Assembly: GCF_000406145.1 (NCBI RefSeq)
Contig: NZ_CM001976.1
Span: 4,673,677-4,705,676, forward strand
Reading direction: 5' to 3'
DNA from: Dickeya dadantii NCPPB 898
GTDB lineage: Bacteria > Pseudomonadota > Gammaproteobacteria > Enterobacterales > Enterobacteriaceae
DNA: 32,000 bases
The notes below the pieces were generated by a model that saw only the letters and a list, made by a program, of their open reading frames with translations, did not search any database and had not been told where the DNA came from. This document shows, one piece after another, positions 17,036 through 26,796 of the stretch; position 1 is the first letter of the stretch; every line of letters begins with the position of its first letter. The position numbers and the translations under genes are program-made.

Positions 17036-20000
17036 ATGTTTGAGCGAGTACTGATTGCCAACCGTGGCGCTATCGCGGTGCGTATCATCCGCACCCTGAA
17101 AAAAATGGGCGTGAAAGCCATCGTCGTTTACGCCGAAGCGGATCGTCATTCGCTGCACGTGCGTCAGGCGGACGAAGCCTGGCCGCTGGGCGACGGCCCG
17201 GTGCGCGACACCTACCTGAATCAGGACAAATTACTGCACATCGCCGCGCAAAGCGGCGCGCAGGCGATTCACCCCGGCTACGGTTTTCTGAGCGAAAATG
17301 CCGGCTTTGTTACTCGCTGCGAACAGGCGGGCCTGGTCTTTCTCGGCCCGACCGTGGCGCAGATGACCGCTTTCGGCCTCAAGCATCAGGCGCGCGCGCT
17401 GGCGCAGCAGAATGACGTGCCGCTGTTGCCCGGCAGCGGCCTGCTCACCTCGCTGGACAGCGCCTGCGAGCAGGCGCGACGCATTGGTTATCCGGTGATG
17501 TTAAAGAGCACCGCAGGCGGCGGCGGCATCGGCATGCAGCGCTGCAATGACGAAGACCAGTTGGCCGATGCCTTTACCCGCGTGAAACGGCTGGCGGGCA
17601 ACAACTTCGCCGACGACGGCGTGTTTCTGGAAAAATTCATCGCCCGCGCCCGCCACATCGAAGTGCAGGTATTCGGCGACGGCCGGGGCAACGTGATAGC
17701 CCTTGGCGAGCGCGACTGTTCCGCCCAGCGTCGCAACCAGAAAGTGATTGAGGAAACCCCGGCCCCCAACCTTGGCGACAGCGTGCGCGCCGAACTACAG
17801 GCCACCGCCATCCGGCTGTGTCAGGCGGTGAACTACCGCAGCGCGGGCACGGTAGAGTATGTGTACGACGAAAGCAGCAAGCAGTTCTGGTTCCTGGAGG
17901 TCAACACCCGCCTGCAGGTGGAACACGGCGTGACCGAGATGGTGTACGGCGTCGACATCGTGCAATGGATGGTGACGCTGGGCGCCGGTTGTCTGCCGCC
18001 GCTCCACACGCTTGCCGCCGCGCCGCGCGGCCACGCTATTCAGGTGCGGCTGTACGCCGAAGACCCGGCCAAACAGTTCCAGCCGTGTGCCGGGTTGCTG
18101 AGCAACGTCAGCTTTCCGCAGGCGCTGCCCGGCCTCACCCTGCGCATCGACCACTGGCTGGACAGCGGCAGCGAGGTGTCGCCATTTTATGACCCGATGC
18201 TGGCGAAAGTCCTCGTTCACGGCGCCAGCCGCGACGCCGCGCTCGACGGTATGGCGCAGGCGCTAGACGCCACGTCGCTGTACGGCATCGAAACCAATCT
18301 CGACTGGCTGCGCCACCTGCTGACCCTGCCCGCCGTCAGGTGTGGAGACATCATCACCGCGACGCTGGGCAGCGTCGTCTGGCAGCCCGCGACACTGGAT
18401 GTCCTCGGCGGCGGCACGCTCACCACCGTGCAGGATGCGCCCGGCCGCACCGGCTACTGGCATGTCGGCGTGCCGCCTTCCGGTCCGTTCGACGTTCGCT
18501 CCTTCCGGCTCGGCAACCAGCTGCTGGGCAACGCGCCGGATGCCGCCGGGCTGGAGATCACCCTGCGCGGCCCGACGCTGCGCTTCAACCACGACTGTGC
18601 GTTCGTTATCACCGGCGCCGCCATCGACGCCCGGCTGGATGATGTTCCACTCGCCAGTTGGCGGACTCACCATGCCCGCGCCGGGCAAACGCTGACGCTT
18701 GGCGATATTCAGGGCGCCGGCTGCCGCAGCTACCTGTTGCTGGCCGGCGGTCTGGCCTGCCCGACGTATCTGGGCAGCCGCAGCACCTTCACGCTCGGCA
18801 AATTCGGCGGCCATGCCGGGCGGGCGTTGCGCGCCGGCGACGTACTGCATCTGGCCGCCCCCGCGCTGCCGGTCGCTGACGCCGTCTTACCCGCCCCCGA
18901 CTGGAACTCTCACTGGCAATTACGGGTGGTTTACGGGCCGCACGGCGCGCCGGACTACTTTACCCCAGAGGATATCGAGGCGTTTTTCGCCGCCGACTGG
19001 CAGGTGCATTACAACTCCAGCCGCACCGGCATCCGGCTGATTGGCCCGAAACCTCAGTGGGCGCGAACCGACGGCGGCGAAGCTGGCATGCACCCGTCCA
19101 ATATCCATGACAACGCCTACGCCTTCGGCACGGTGGATTTTACCGGCGATATGCCGGTCATCCTGGGGCCGGACGGCCCGTCGCTGGGCGGGTTCGTCTG
19201 CCCGGCCACGGTGATCCACGCCGATTTATGGAAACTCGGCCAGTTAAAAGCGGGTGACAGCATTCGTTTCATGCCGGTAACGCTGGAACAGGCCGACGAA
19301 CTGGCGCGCGAAGCGGAATGCGCCATCTCCGCCGCTCGCCCGATCGTGGAGCCGACCCTCGCCGCCTGCTGCCCATCGCCCGTGCTGTACCGCCGACCGG
19401 CGCAAGACGATCGACCATCGGTGACCTGCCTCGCCGCAGGCGACCGTTTCCTGCTGCTGGAGTATGGCGAGCACCAGTTGGATATCGCCCTGCGTTTTCG
19501 CGTGCACGCGCTGATGCAGTGGCTGGAACGGCATCCGTTGCCGGGCGTGCAGGAGCTGACGCCGGGTATCCGCTCGCTGCAAATCCATTTCGATAGCCTG
19601 CAATGCCCGCGCGATGCACTGCTGGCGCATCTGCAGCAAGCGGACGACGCGCTCGGCAATCTGCAGGATGCCGCCGTTCCCTCCCGCACCGTGTGGCTGC
19701 CGCTCAGTTGGGACGACGACGCCTGCCGCGAGGCCGTCACCCGCTATACCCAGTCGGTCAGGCCCGGCGCCCCCTGGTGCCCCAGCAACATCGAATTCAT
19801 CCGTCGCATCAACGGGCTGGATTCGGCGGATCAGGTTAAAGACATCGTGTTCAGCGCCCGCTATCTGGTGATGGGGCTGGGAGACGTCTACCTCGGCGCG
19901 CCGGTCGCCACCCCGCTCGACCCGCGCCACCGGCTGGTCACCACCAAGTACAACCCGGCCCGCACCTGGACGGCGGAAAACTCGGTCGGCATCGGCGGCG

Positions 20001-20629
20001 CGTATCTGTGTGTATACGGCATGGAAGGCCCTGGCGGCTATCAGTTCATCGGCCGCACGTTACAGATGTGGAACCGCGATCGACAAACCGACGCCTTTCG
20101 TCAGCCCTGGTTGCTGCGGTTCTTCGATCAGATTCGCTTTTATCCGGTCAGCGCGCAGGAGCTGCTGGCTGCCCGCGAGCGCTTTCCGTGGGGAGATTAC
20201 CCATTGCGTACCGAAGAAGGGGAGTTCCGCCTCGCCGACTATCAGCGGAATCTGGTGGAGCAGCAACCGGCGATCGACGCTTTCCAGCAGCAACGCCAGC
20301 GGGCATTTGACGAGGAACTGGCGCGCTGGCGCGCCGACGGCCAGTTCACCTTCGACAGCAGCCTGCAAGAGACGGCCAGCGACGATGAGGTGATCCCGGC
20401 TAACGGTTACGGTGTGGAAAGTCAGGTGGCAGGGAGCGTGTGGCAATGGCTTGCCGCCCCCGGCGATAGCGTCAGCGCCGGGCAAATCGTCGGTATTCTG
20501 GAGTCGATGAAAATGGAAATTCCCATCACCGCGCCGGTCGCGGGCATTATCCACACGCTGCACCGTCAACCCGGCCATCAGGTGCAAGCGGGGCAGTTGC
20601 TGATGGTGATCGAACCGGCGGAGCATTAA
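17036..20629 (+). CDS. uca: Urea carboxylase family enzyme (biotin carboxylase + KipA/KipI-like carboxyltransferase + BCCP); context suggests guanidine carboxylase
   Basis: 1197 aa. N-terminal MFERVLIANRGAIAVRIIRT biotin carboxylase with an ATP-grasp domain. C-terminal biotinylation motif ESMKMEI (Lys codon at 20510-20512). Confidence 0.95.
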   Translation: MFERVLIANRGAIAVRIIRTLKKMGVKAIVVYAEADRHSLHVRQADEAWPLGDGPVRDTYLNQDKLLHIAAQSGAQAIHPGYGFLSENAGFVTRCEQAGLVFLGPTVAQMTAFGLKHQARALAQQNDVPLLPGSGLLTSLDSACEQARRIGYPVMLKSTAGGGGIGMQRCNDEDQLADAFTRVKRLAGNNFADDGVFLEKFIARARHIEVQVFGDGRGNVIALGERDCSAQRRNQKVIEETPAPNLGDSVRAELQATAIRLCQAVNYRSAGTVEYVYDESSKQFWFLEVNTRLQVEHGVTEMVYGVDIVQWMVTLGAGCLPPLHTLAAAPRGHAIQVRLYAEDPAKQFQPCAGLLSNVSFPQALPGLTLRIDHWLDSGSEVSPFYDPMLAKVLVHGASRDAALDGMAQALDATSLYGIETNLDWLRHLLTLPAVRCGDIITATLGSVVWQPATLDVLGGGTLTTVQDAPGRTGYWHVGVPPSGPFDVRSFRLGNQLLGNAPDAAGLEITLRGPTLRFNHDCAFVITGAAIDARLDDVPLASWRTHHARAGQTLTLGDIQGAGCRSYLLLAGGLACPTYLGSRSTFTLGKFGGHAGRALRAGDVLHLAAPALPVADAVLPAPDWNSHWQLRVVYGPHGAPDYFTPEDIEAFFAADWQVHYNSSRTGIRLIGPKPQWARTDGGEAGMHPSNIHDNAYAFGTVDFTGDMPVILGPDGPSLGGFVCPATVIHADLWKLGQLKAGDSIRFMPVTLEQADELAREAECAISAARPIVEPTLAACCPSPVLYRRPAQDDRPSVTCLAAGDRFLLLEYGEHQLDIALRFRVHALMQWLERHPLPGVQELTPGIRSLQIHFDSLQCPRDALLAHLQQADDALGNLQDAAVPSRTVWLPLSWDDDACREAVTRYTQSVRPGAPWCPSNIEFIRRINGLDSADQVKDIVFSARYLVMGLGDVYLGAPVATPLDPRHRLVTTKYNPARTWTAENSVGIGGAYLCVYGMEGPGGYQFIGRTLQMWNRDRQTDAFRQPWLLRFFDQIRFYPVSAQELLAARERFPWGDYPLRTEEGEFRLADYQRNLVEQQPAIDAFQQQRQRAFDEELARWRADGQFTFDSSLQETASDDEVIPANGYGVESQVAGSVWQWLAAPGDSVSAGQIVGILESMKMEIPITAPVAGIIHTLHRQPGHQVQAGQLLMVIEPAEH

Positions 20630-20634
20630 CCGGT

Positions 20635-20712
20635 AAAACATTCAGTAGTCAAACATTCAGTAGTAAAACATCAGTCCAATAAAGCGTCAGTCCAATAAAA
20701 CATGCATACAAT
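20635..20712. repeat. Degenerate 15-16-bp tandem repeat x5 (AAAACATTCAGTAGT-like)
   Basis: Units start at about 20635, 20651, 20665, 20681 and 20697. AAACATTCAGTAGT x2 then CAGTCCAATAAA x2, read directly. Confidence 0.8.
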
Positions 20713-20713
20713 A

Positions 20714-20746
20714 AACCCGCGCGTTGGTAGCGTGCGGGTTTATTTC
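20714..20746. terminator. Bidirectional rho-independent terminator between convergent operons
   Basis: ATAAA-CCCGCGCG-ttggtag-CGTGCGGG-TTTATTT. Confidence 0.75.
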
Positions 20747-20788
20747 ATTTCACTGCATCACTGCATCAAGACATCAAGCGGACGCCAC

Positions 20789-21607
20789 TTACTCCTTGGT
20801 CGCGCCAGCCATCAATCCGTTCATGAAATAGCGTTGTAGCGCCAGGAAAATCGCCAGCATCGGCAATACCGCCATCGCCGACATCGCTAACAGGCGCGGC
20901 CAGTTGATATCAAACTGACCGACGTTACTGGCCAGCGCCAGTTGCACCGTCCATTGGCTCTGATCGCTGATGACCAGAAACGGCCACAGAAAATCATTCC
21001 AACGCCAGACGAAGGTAAAGGCCGCCAGTGTGGCGATTGCCGGTAACGACAGCGGCACCACGATACGCCACAGGATTCGCCACTCTCCGGTGCCTTCCAG
21101 ACGCGCCGCTTCCAGCAGGCTGTCAGGAATGTTGCGGATATACTGCCGCATCAGGAACACCCCGGTAGGCGTCGCCGCCGGCGCGATAATCACCCCCCAC
21201 AGCGTATTGAGCAGATGCAGGTCGCGCAGCAGCAGGAAAATCGGAATCAGGATAATCTGCAGCGGGATCATCAGCGCACACATGATGACCATGAAAACCA
21301 GCGTATCCCCCCGAAACCGGAATTTCGCCAGCGCATAGCCCGCCATCACGCTGATCGTGACCGACAGCAGCGATGACAGGACGGAAACGAAAAAGGAGTT
21401 GCCGAGCGTATGAACAAAGTTGGTGTTGACGAACACATCGACAAAATTCTCCAGCGTCGCGTTTTGCGGCCACAGCGATGGCGGCCAGGCGAAAATCTCA
21501 TCGACCGACTTCAGCGCGTTGGAAAAAATCCAGATTGGCGGCAACAGGAAAAACAGCAGCATGAAACCAATGATTATCCAGCGCGTCAGCAGAGATGACC
21601 CCTTCAT
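20789..21607 (-). CDS. Carbohydrate ABC transporter permease (MalG/UgpE-like)
   Basis: 272 aa with 6 predicted TM. EAA loop LEAARLEGTGEWRILWRIVVP. 4-nt overlap with the upstream permease gene. Confidence 0.9.
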   Translation of the reverse strand: MKGSSLLTRWIIIGFMLLFFLLPPIWIFSNALKSVDEIFAWPPSLWPQNATLENFVDVFVNTNFVHTLGNSFFVSVLSSLLSVTISVMAGYALAKFRFRGDTLVFMVIMCALMIPLQIILIPIFLLLRDLHLLNTLWGVIIAPAATPTGVFLMRQYIRNIPDSLLEAARLEGTGEWRILWRIVVPLSLPAIATLAAFTFVWRWNDFLWPFLVISDQSQWTVQLALASNVGQFDINWPRLLAMSAMAVLPMLAIFLALQRYFMNGLMAGATKE

Positions 21608-22551
21608 TTGAAACTCCTCGACAGACGAAGTTGGATGACCGACAGCGCGAACAAAATCACGAACAGCACCACCGATTGTGCCGCTGCAACCCCTGCTGTC
21701 GCCGGTTGCATGAAGGCATTTTCATAAATGGTCTGAATCAGATAGACGGTGGCGCGTCCCGGCCCACCGCCCGTCAGCGAAATCACCAGTTCGTAGACCT
21801 TGAAGGCTTCTATCGATGACAGCACCACCACGACCACCACGCTGGGTTGCAGCAGCGGCAGGGTAATGCGCCAGAAGGTGCGCCAGCGGCTGGTTCCGTC
21901 CATGCGGGAGGCCTCATACAAATCCTCCGGAATGGCCGTTAATCCCGCCAACAGGATCATCATATTGAAGCCCGCGCTGGCCCACACCCACACAATCACC
22001 ACCGCAATCTGCGCCATGGTTTCCTGTTGTAGCCAGGGAACCGGGCTGATATCCACCAGGCTCAGTACATAGTTGATTAATCCAGAGTTATAACCAAACA
22101 GCCATTTCCACATGATGCCGATGGTCAGCAGGCTTATCATCGACGGGAAAAAGACGATGGTTCGCGCCAGTCCGAATCCCCGCATCTGGGGCGCCAGCAA
22201 CAGCGCCATACACAGAGCGATGACCAGATTAAGCGGCACGGCAAATACCACAAACACCACCGTGCGCAGCAGCACATGCTGAAATTCGGGGTCAGTAAAT
22301 ACCTGGATAAAGTTATCGATCCCGACGAATTTAGGCTGCGTGCTGGCGACCTGAGGCAACACCACCACACCGCGTTGAAATACCGACATCCAAAACCCTT
22401 GCAGTAATGGATAGAAGGTGAACAACAGCAACAACCCAAACGACGGCAATATCAACAAATAAGGCCAGTACTTCCTGAGACGACGAGTAAACACTCCCGA
22501 ACCTTGCGACATGACTGCCAGACTGGCCGGCTCCGGATTCATCACTTTCAT
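21604..22551 (-). CDS. Carbohydrate ABC transporter permease (MalF/UgpA-like)
   Basis: 315 aa. EAA loop YEASRMDGTSRWRTFWRITLP. ATGA overlap with the binding-protein gene stop. Confidence 0.9.
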   Translation of the reverse strand: MKVMNPEPASLAVMSQGSGVFTRRLRKYWPYLLILPSFGLLLLFTFYPLLQGFWMSVFQRGVVVLPQVASTQPKFVGIDNFIQVFTDPEFQHVLLRTVVFVVFAVPLNLVIALCMALLLAPQMRGFGLARTIVFFPSMISLLTIGIMWKWLFGYNSGLINYVLSLVDISPVPWLQQETMAQIAVVIVWVWASAGFNMMILLAGLTAIPEDLYEASRMDGTSRWRTFWRITLPLLQPSVVVVVVLSSIEAFKVYELVISLTGGGPGRATVYLIQTIYENAFMQPATAGVAAAQSVVLFVILFALSVIQLRLSRSFK

Positions 22552-23792
22552 TGAGATGCCCCTAGTCCATCCTGGGCAGCCTTCATGATTTTCTCGATGG
22601 CCTGCTCTGGCGTTATCTGATGAGTAACCGCCTGCATAACCGCGTCTTTCATTGGTGCCCAGACGAACTGCATCGCTTCATTGGCCTGATCCGCCGCCGC
22701 ATAAGCCGGGCTTTCCACCAGTTCATGCTGCATCAGCGCCATCGCCTGGCTGATTTTCGGATCCTCATATTTCACCGGCTCATCGGACAAGGTGGCCGGG
22801 ATCATGCCGATCGGTACGGAAAGACGTTTCAGGACATCCGGCGAGGTCAGCCATTTGATCACACTGGTAGACTCATCGAGGTGTTTACTGGTGTTGAACG
22901 CCACCACGTATTCGCCGCCGTACACACTGGATTTCACCGTACCCCGTGGGGTATAGCCGGCACGCCAGTCGAATTTGGCGCGTTGCGCCAGCGAGCTTAA
23001 CTGCCAGCTACCGGTCATCCAGGCCACCGCCTGCCCACCGATAAACAGCTCTTTCGGGTTATCCGAACTGGAGCCTGACCACTGCCCGCGCGGCATGTAG
23101 TCATCGGCGATTTTCACGAAATCCGCCAGCGTTTTGGCCGCTTTCTGTTTATCCATCACCACTTTATACGGCGGCTCGGTGGAAAAAACATGGTTGCCAT
23201 AATGGTATTCGTGGATGATCCAACGGCTGGCGGAAACGTCCCACACCAGCGGATAACGGACATGGGCTTTCTGTGCGACTTCTTTAATCTTCGGCAGGAA
23301 CTCTTCCCACGTCCAGCCGGTCTGCACATCCGGCAGGGCAACACCCGCCTTCTTGAAGGCATCGGCATTCAGCAACAGCCCGGTGGACGTCACATACAGC
23401 GGGGCTGCTATCGCTTTATCACCGAGTCTGGCGCCGTCCGCCCATCCTTTGATGTACTGATTCAGGTAGTCTTTGCCAAAATACTGATTGAAATCGACCA
23501 GATAGGGGCGAATGACTGCCTCCATCGACGACGTTTTGGAGATGTCCGGCATACCGGAACCCGATGCGGCGTATTGGCGGAATTTCTGGATCACATTGTC
23601 ATAAGGAACCAGTTGCAGATTAAAGGTGGTCTGTGGATGCTGCTGCGTATATTCATTCAGTAGCTGCTTGAGTACGGTGGATTCATTTTTATCCGTCTCG
23701 TACCACATGATCGTCAACTCGGCCGCCTGCAATGATGAACATGCAAGCGTCATAGCACCAGCCAGTACTGCGATAACAGTCTTTTTCTTCAT
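22548..23792 (-). CDS. Carbohydrate ABC transporter periplasmic substrate-binding protein (family 1)
   Basis: Signal peptide MKKKTVIAVLAGAMTLACSSLQA|AE. AGGA lies 8 nt upstream of ATG 23792. The listed start at 23810 is TTG. Confidence 0.9.
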   Translation of the reverse strand: MKKKTVIAVLAGAMTLACSSLQAAELTIMWYETDKNESTVLKQLLNEYTQQHPQTTFNLQLVPYDNVIQKFRQYAASGSGMPDISKTSSMEAVIRPYLVDFNQYFGKDYLNQYIKGWADGARLGDKAIAAPLYVTSTGLLLNADAFKKAGVALPDVQTGWTWEEFLPKIKEVAQKAHVRYPLVWDVSASRWIIHEYHYGNHVFSTEPPYKVVMDKQKAAKTLADFVKIADDYMPRGQWSGSSSDNPKELFIGGQAVAWMTGSWQLSSLAQRAKFDWRAGYTPRGTVKSSVYGGEYVVAFNTSKHLDESTSVIKWLTSPDVLKRLSVPIGMIPATLSDEPVKYEDPKISQAMALMQHELVESPAYAAADQANEAMQFVWAPMKDAVMQAVTHQITPEQAIEKIMKAAQDGLGASQ

Positions 23793-23844
23793 GATGTGTT
23801 TCCTGATCAATGTTATTGCATCACACAGTCAAACTACGCTGCGA

Positions 23845-25602
23845 TTACTGTCCGCCGTCAAAGTGATGACGATACTTCATCACCACCGCAGCCGGCATAC
23901 TGCTCCACCCCTGTAATAACGATCCCCGGCCAAACGGCGGTGAGAAGTACTCCACCGCACCGGCCCATCCCTGTTCCAGACAGGTCATCCACCAACGCGT
24001 CAGCGGGTATTCACTGCCCGGCATGCCGTACTGCAACAACGTATCGGCGTACAACCCATCCAGATAAGGCCAGTCAGAGCCATTGTGATAACGCAGGGCA
24101 AAGGCCGACTTGGCGCGTGTATCGCTGCGGCGTTTGAACGGCGGCCACGCACACAGCACCCCCCAGTCGCCATAACGCTGTTCACTGTTGTGACGACTCT
24201 CCAATCGGGCCTGAACCCGACGCAACACCGCCTCGGCACGCCCGGCATCCACCGCGCCGTAGCGCAGCAACGTCAGGCTGTCGAGCGTGAGGTGGTCTTC
24301 AATAAATTCCCCCGGACGACCATAATCCGCGTAATGACCATCCGGCTGTAATAACACGGCATCAAGGTGGCGGGACGCCTGAGACGCCAGACGTGCGCAA
24401 CGCTCCGCCAGCGCCGGATCGCGTTCTGCCGCCCATTGCGCCACCGCGTTAACCGCGCCAAACCACAGGCCAAGATCGTAGGCAACGTAGCCAAAACGGT
24501 AGACGTTATCCGCCCAGTCCCGGTCGTTGTGCGACGGTTTTTGAGGCAGGCCATCCTCATGGAGAATAAAGCCTTCGTAACGTGTAATGATGGTGGCGAT
24601 CTGCGGCCAGTACTGCTCGCAGGGAGAAACATCCCCCGTGACCCGCACGTAGTCGGCAATCGTCAGAATAAAGAACAGCGGGCTGTCAAAATGGTCACTC
24701 CACCAGTCTTGCGGACGGCTGTGGTTTTCTTTGACGGCGGGGTTATGGCGTCGTGCGTCTTCCCAGGCGGCGGACAAACCGGGGCCATTGAGGATAACCC
24801 CGCTCGGCGCTTCGCCGGTCGGCTGCAACCCTGCCGCCATCAGGTGGATTTCCTCCAGCACAATCTGCGGCTGTAACGGCAGCAACGCCTGCAACGTCCA
24901 GTAACCGTCGCGATAATACGTGCGAGCCGGGGCGCTGTAGTCCATCCCTGCCGCCAGCCCGGCGAACTTCCCGGTATGGTCGTAACGGATGCTCGACAAC
25001 GCGGCATGCAAACTCTGTTGCACCATGCTACGCAGTAGCGGTTGCGCCTGTGGTAACTGGTCGCAGTCATCGATATAACGCTGCGCCTCCAGCCTGATCT
25101 GCTCGGTGCTGAGCGACAGACCGCGCAACGCTTCCGCATCATCGTTACCGGCGGCGATCAGTACATCGTTATCGCGTTGCTCGACAATCACTACCCCCCA
25201 GGGCAGTACCCACCGCTGCTGCGTCCCTTGCTTATCACGCAATGCCCGTCCAGCCTGCTGATCCCACCAGGCACGTCTTTTCGCCGGATAAAAGCGCAGG
25301 AACGTAGTCTGCGTGAGCAACACCACAGGCTGTGATTGCGCCACATAAAAGCCTTGTTTTTCGCTCAGCAGACGATTGGGTGCAAAGGTACAAGGCCCGC
25401 TAAACGGTGCGACATGAATACGTCCCAGCGTGCCGCTGCCCCATAGGGCCAGTTGCATGATGCCCTCTTCGGCAGAGAATGACCCTTGTACGCGCCGTGC
25501 CATAAAGGGCAGTAACGGCGCGGCGGTGCTGAGCAGTTGTCCGTCCAACTGGGGTTTCAATACCCATTCTGACGGCAACACCGAAATGTTATTGCTGTTC
25601 AT
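23845..25602 (-). CDS. (alpha/alpha)6-barrel glycoside hydrolase, amylo-alpha-1,6-glucosidase (GDE_C)/GH63/GH100-like; substrate unknown
   Basis: 585-aa cytoplasmic protein with no signal peptide. Motifs YRDGYWT, DRDWADNVYRFGYVAYDLGLWFGAV and RYHNGSDWPYL resemble the W-x-D ... ALWY and YHNG.VWP motifs of six-hairpin glycosidases. The family call is from motif memory only. Confidence 0.6.
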   Translation of the reverse strand: MNSNNISVLPSEWVLKPQLDGQLLSTAAPLLPFMARRVQGSFSAEEGIMQLALWGSGTLGRIHVAPFSGPCTFAPNRLLSEKQGFYVAQSQPVVLLTQTTFLRFYPAKRRAWWDQQAGRALRDKQGTQQRWVLPWGVVIVEQRDNDVLIAAGNDDAEALRGLSLSTEQIRLEAQRYIDDCDQLPQAQPLLRSMVQQSLHAALSSIRYDHTGKFAGLAAGMDYSAPARTYYRDGYWTLQALLPLQPQIVLEEIHLMAAGLQPTGEAPSGVILNGPGLSAAWEDARRHNPAVKENHSRPQDWWSDHFDSPLFFILTIADYVRVTGDVSPCEQYWPQIATIITRYEGFILHEDGLPQKPSHNDRDWADNVYRFGYVAYDLGLWFGAVNAVAQWAAERDPALAERCARLASQASRHLDAVLLQPDGHYADYGRPGEFIEDHLTLDSLTLLRYGAVDAGRAEAVLRRVQARLESRHNSEQRYGDWGVLCAWPPFKRRSDTRAKSAFALRYHNGSDWPYLDGLYADTLLQYGMPGSEYPLTRWWMTCLEQGWAGAVEYFSPPFGRGSLLQGWSSMPAAVVMKYRHHFDGGQ

Positions 25603-26720
25603 ACCGCTTCCCTCACATCATGCCAGGCTAATGCGGCCAGGCAGTGTTCTCTGGCCAGATGCACGGCCCCGACCACACCCGCTTCATCCAGCAAGGCGCT
25701 GCCGACCAACTGAACCGGCACCGGCAGCAATGTCTGTACATGCTGACGGACGCGCTCATGAAACGCGGGTCTCGCACCAATTCCGCCGCCCAGCACCAGC
25801 CATTCAGGATTAAGCAAACTCACTGCTGAAGCCACGCCCAACGCGGCAATCTGTGCGGTGTGTTCCAGCACGGTACGCGCCTGCTCGTCCCCTTGTTCCG
25901 CCCGGCGGAAAATATCGATAACCTCAGTCTCTCCGCCCAGATAACGCTGGCGAATCGCGCTGCTGCTGACGCGATCTTCAAACACCCCGCCTGCGGAAAT
26001 TCTGGCGTCGTCGTAAGGTGTTGCGCTCAATGGTAATAAGGCGATTTCCCCCGCCATACCGTTGTGCCCGCTGATGATGCTGCCTTGTGTAATAATTCCC
26101 ATACCGACACCGGTACCGAAGGCGATAAACACCAGCGAGTCGCTGCCTTTGCCATGCCCATAGTGGTATTCCCCCAATGCTGCCAGGTTGACGTCATTTT
26201 CGAATACCACCGGGCACGACTGCCCATCAGGCAGAGAAAACAGGTTGGGTAAGCGGGCGGGAAGGCGCAGGTTAGGCGAAAGCTGTACATTGCGTTGTTT
26301 ATCGATTGAACCGGGAATACCGATAGCGACATGTTTCAAGCGGTTCGGTGTGATATGTGCCTGTTGCAGTAGTGCCTGCGCCAGCGACGACATGTGTTGC
26401 AGCGCCGCCTGTTCATCACCTTTAGCGGTAGGCTGCGACGTGTGCGCCAATACCTCCCCGCTCAACGTTGTCAGCCGCCCATTGACTTTTGTGCCGCCCA
26501 GATCAAAACCAATCACCACAGGCGACTGCGGGTGTAATTCAACACCCGGTGACTTCTGCTGGATAATGTGCTGTTTTTCCATAAAATTCATCAAATTCTG
26601 CACACTCCCCGGCGTAATATCGAGGGCGGCAGCCCAGCCGGAAGTCGTTTCCAGCGACAGACGCTCCAACTGAGAAAGCGCGTTTGCAAGAGTTTTACCA
26701 AGTGGCTGCGAGTTCGCCAT
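25599..26720 (-). CDS. ROK-family transcriptional regulator (N-terminal wHTH + sugar-kinase-like domain), lacks the Zn-binding Cys motif
   Basis: FDLGGTK phosphate-1 motif, ENDVNLAALGE, and FGTGVGMGII..G....G..GMAGEI ROK signature. AAGGA lies 6 nt upstream of ATG 26720; the listed start at 26759 is TTG with no SD. ATGA overlap with the hydrolase gene. Confidence 0.85.
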   Translation of the reverse strand: MANSQPLGKTLANALSQLERLSLETTSGWAAALDITPGSVQNLMNFMEKQHIIQQKSPGVELHPQSPVVIGFDLGGTKVNGRLTTLSGEVLAHTSQPTAKGDEQAALQHMSSLAQALLQQAHITPNRLKHVAIGIPGSIDKQRNVQLSPNLRLPARLPNLFSLPDGQSCPVVFENDVNLAALGEYHYGHGKGSDSLVFIAFGTGVGMGIITQGSIISGHNGMAGEIALLPLSATPYDDARISAGGVFEDRVSSSAIRQRYLGGETEVIDIFRRAEQGDEQARTVLEHTAQIAALGVASAVSLLNPEWLVLGGGIGARPAFHERVRQHVQTLLPVPVQLVGSALLDEAGVVGAVHLAREHCLAALAWHDVREAV

Positions 26721-26771
26721 ATAACGTCCTTTTTCTCCGACGTGGATTACTGCCATCAATAACTGCTATAA

Positions 26772-26796
26772 TTAGTTCATCAACATGACGAATTAA
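26772..26796. promoter_or_regulatory. Putative operator dyad in the divergent ROK/ROK intergenic region
   Basis: TTAGTTCA-tcaacatga-CGAATTAA has the same half-sites and 9-nt spacer as the dyad at 28382-28414. It is flanked by an extended -10 TGcTATAAT (26764-26772, plus strand). On the minus strand a TTGACG (26821-26816), 17-nt spacer and TATTAA (26798-26793) also flank it. Confidence 0.4.

Noticed and set aside
15473-17158. Minus-strand ORFs of 271, 195 and 129 aa
   Set aside because: Antisense to the two DUF1989 genes and the carboxylase 5' end. Arg/His/Gln-rich shadow composition.
17488-20641. Numerous 70-230-aa ORFs on both strands within the carboxylase gene
   Set aside because: All are nested in or antisense to a continuous 1197-aa ORF with clear biotin carboxylase, carboxyltransferase and BCCP motifs.
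23626-26673. Plus-strand ORFs of 60-170 aa across the binding-protein, hydrolase and ROK1 genes
   Set aside because: Antisense shadows. The minus-strand genes are translationally coupled (ATGA overlaps) and have recognisable family motifs.
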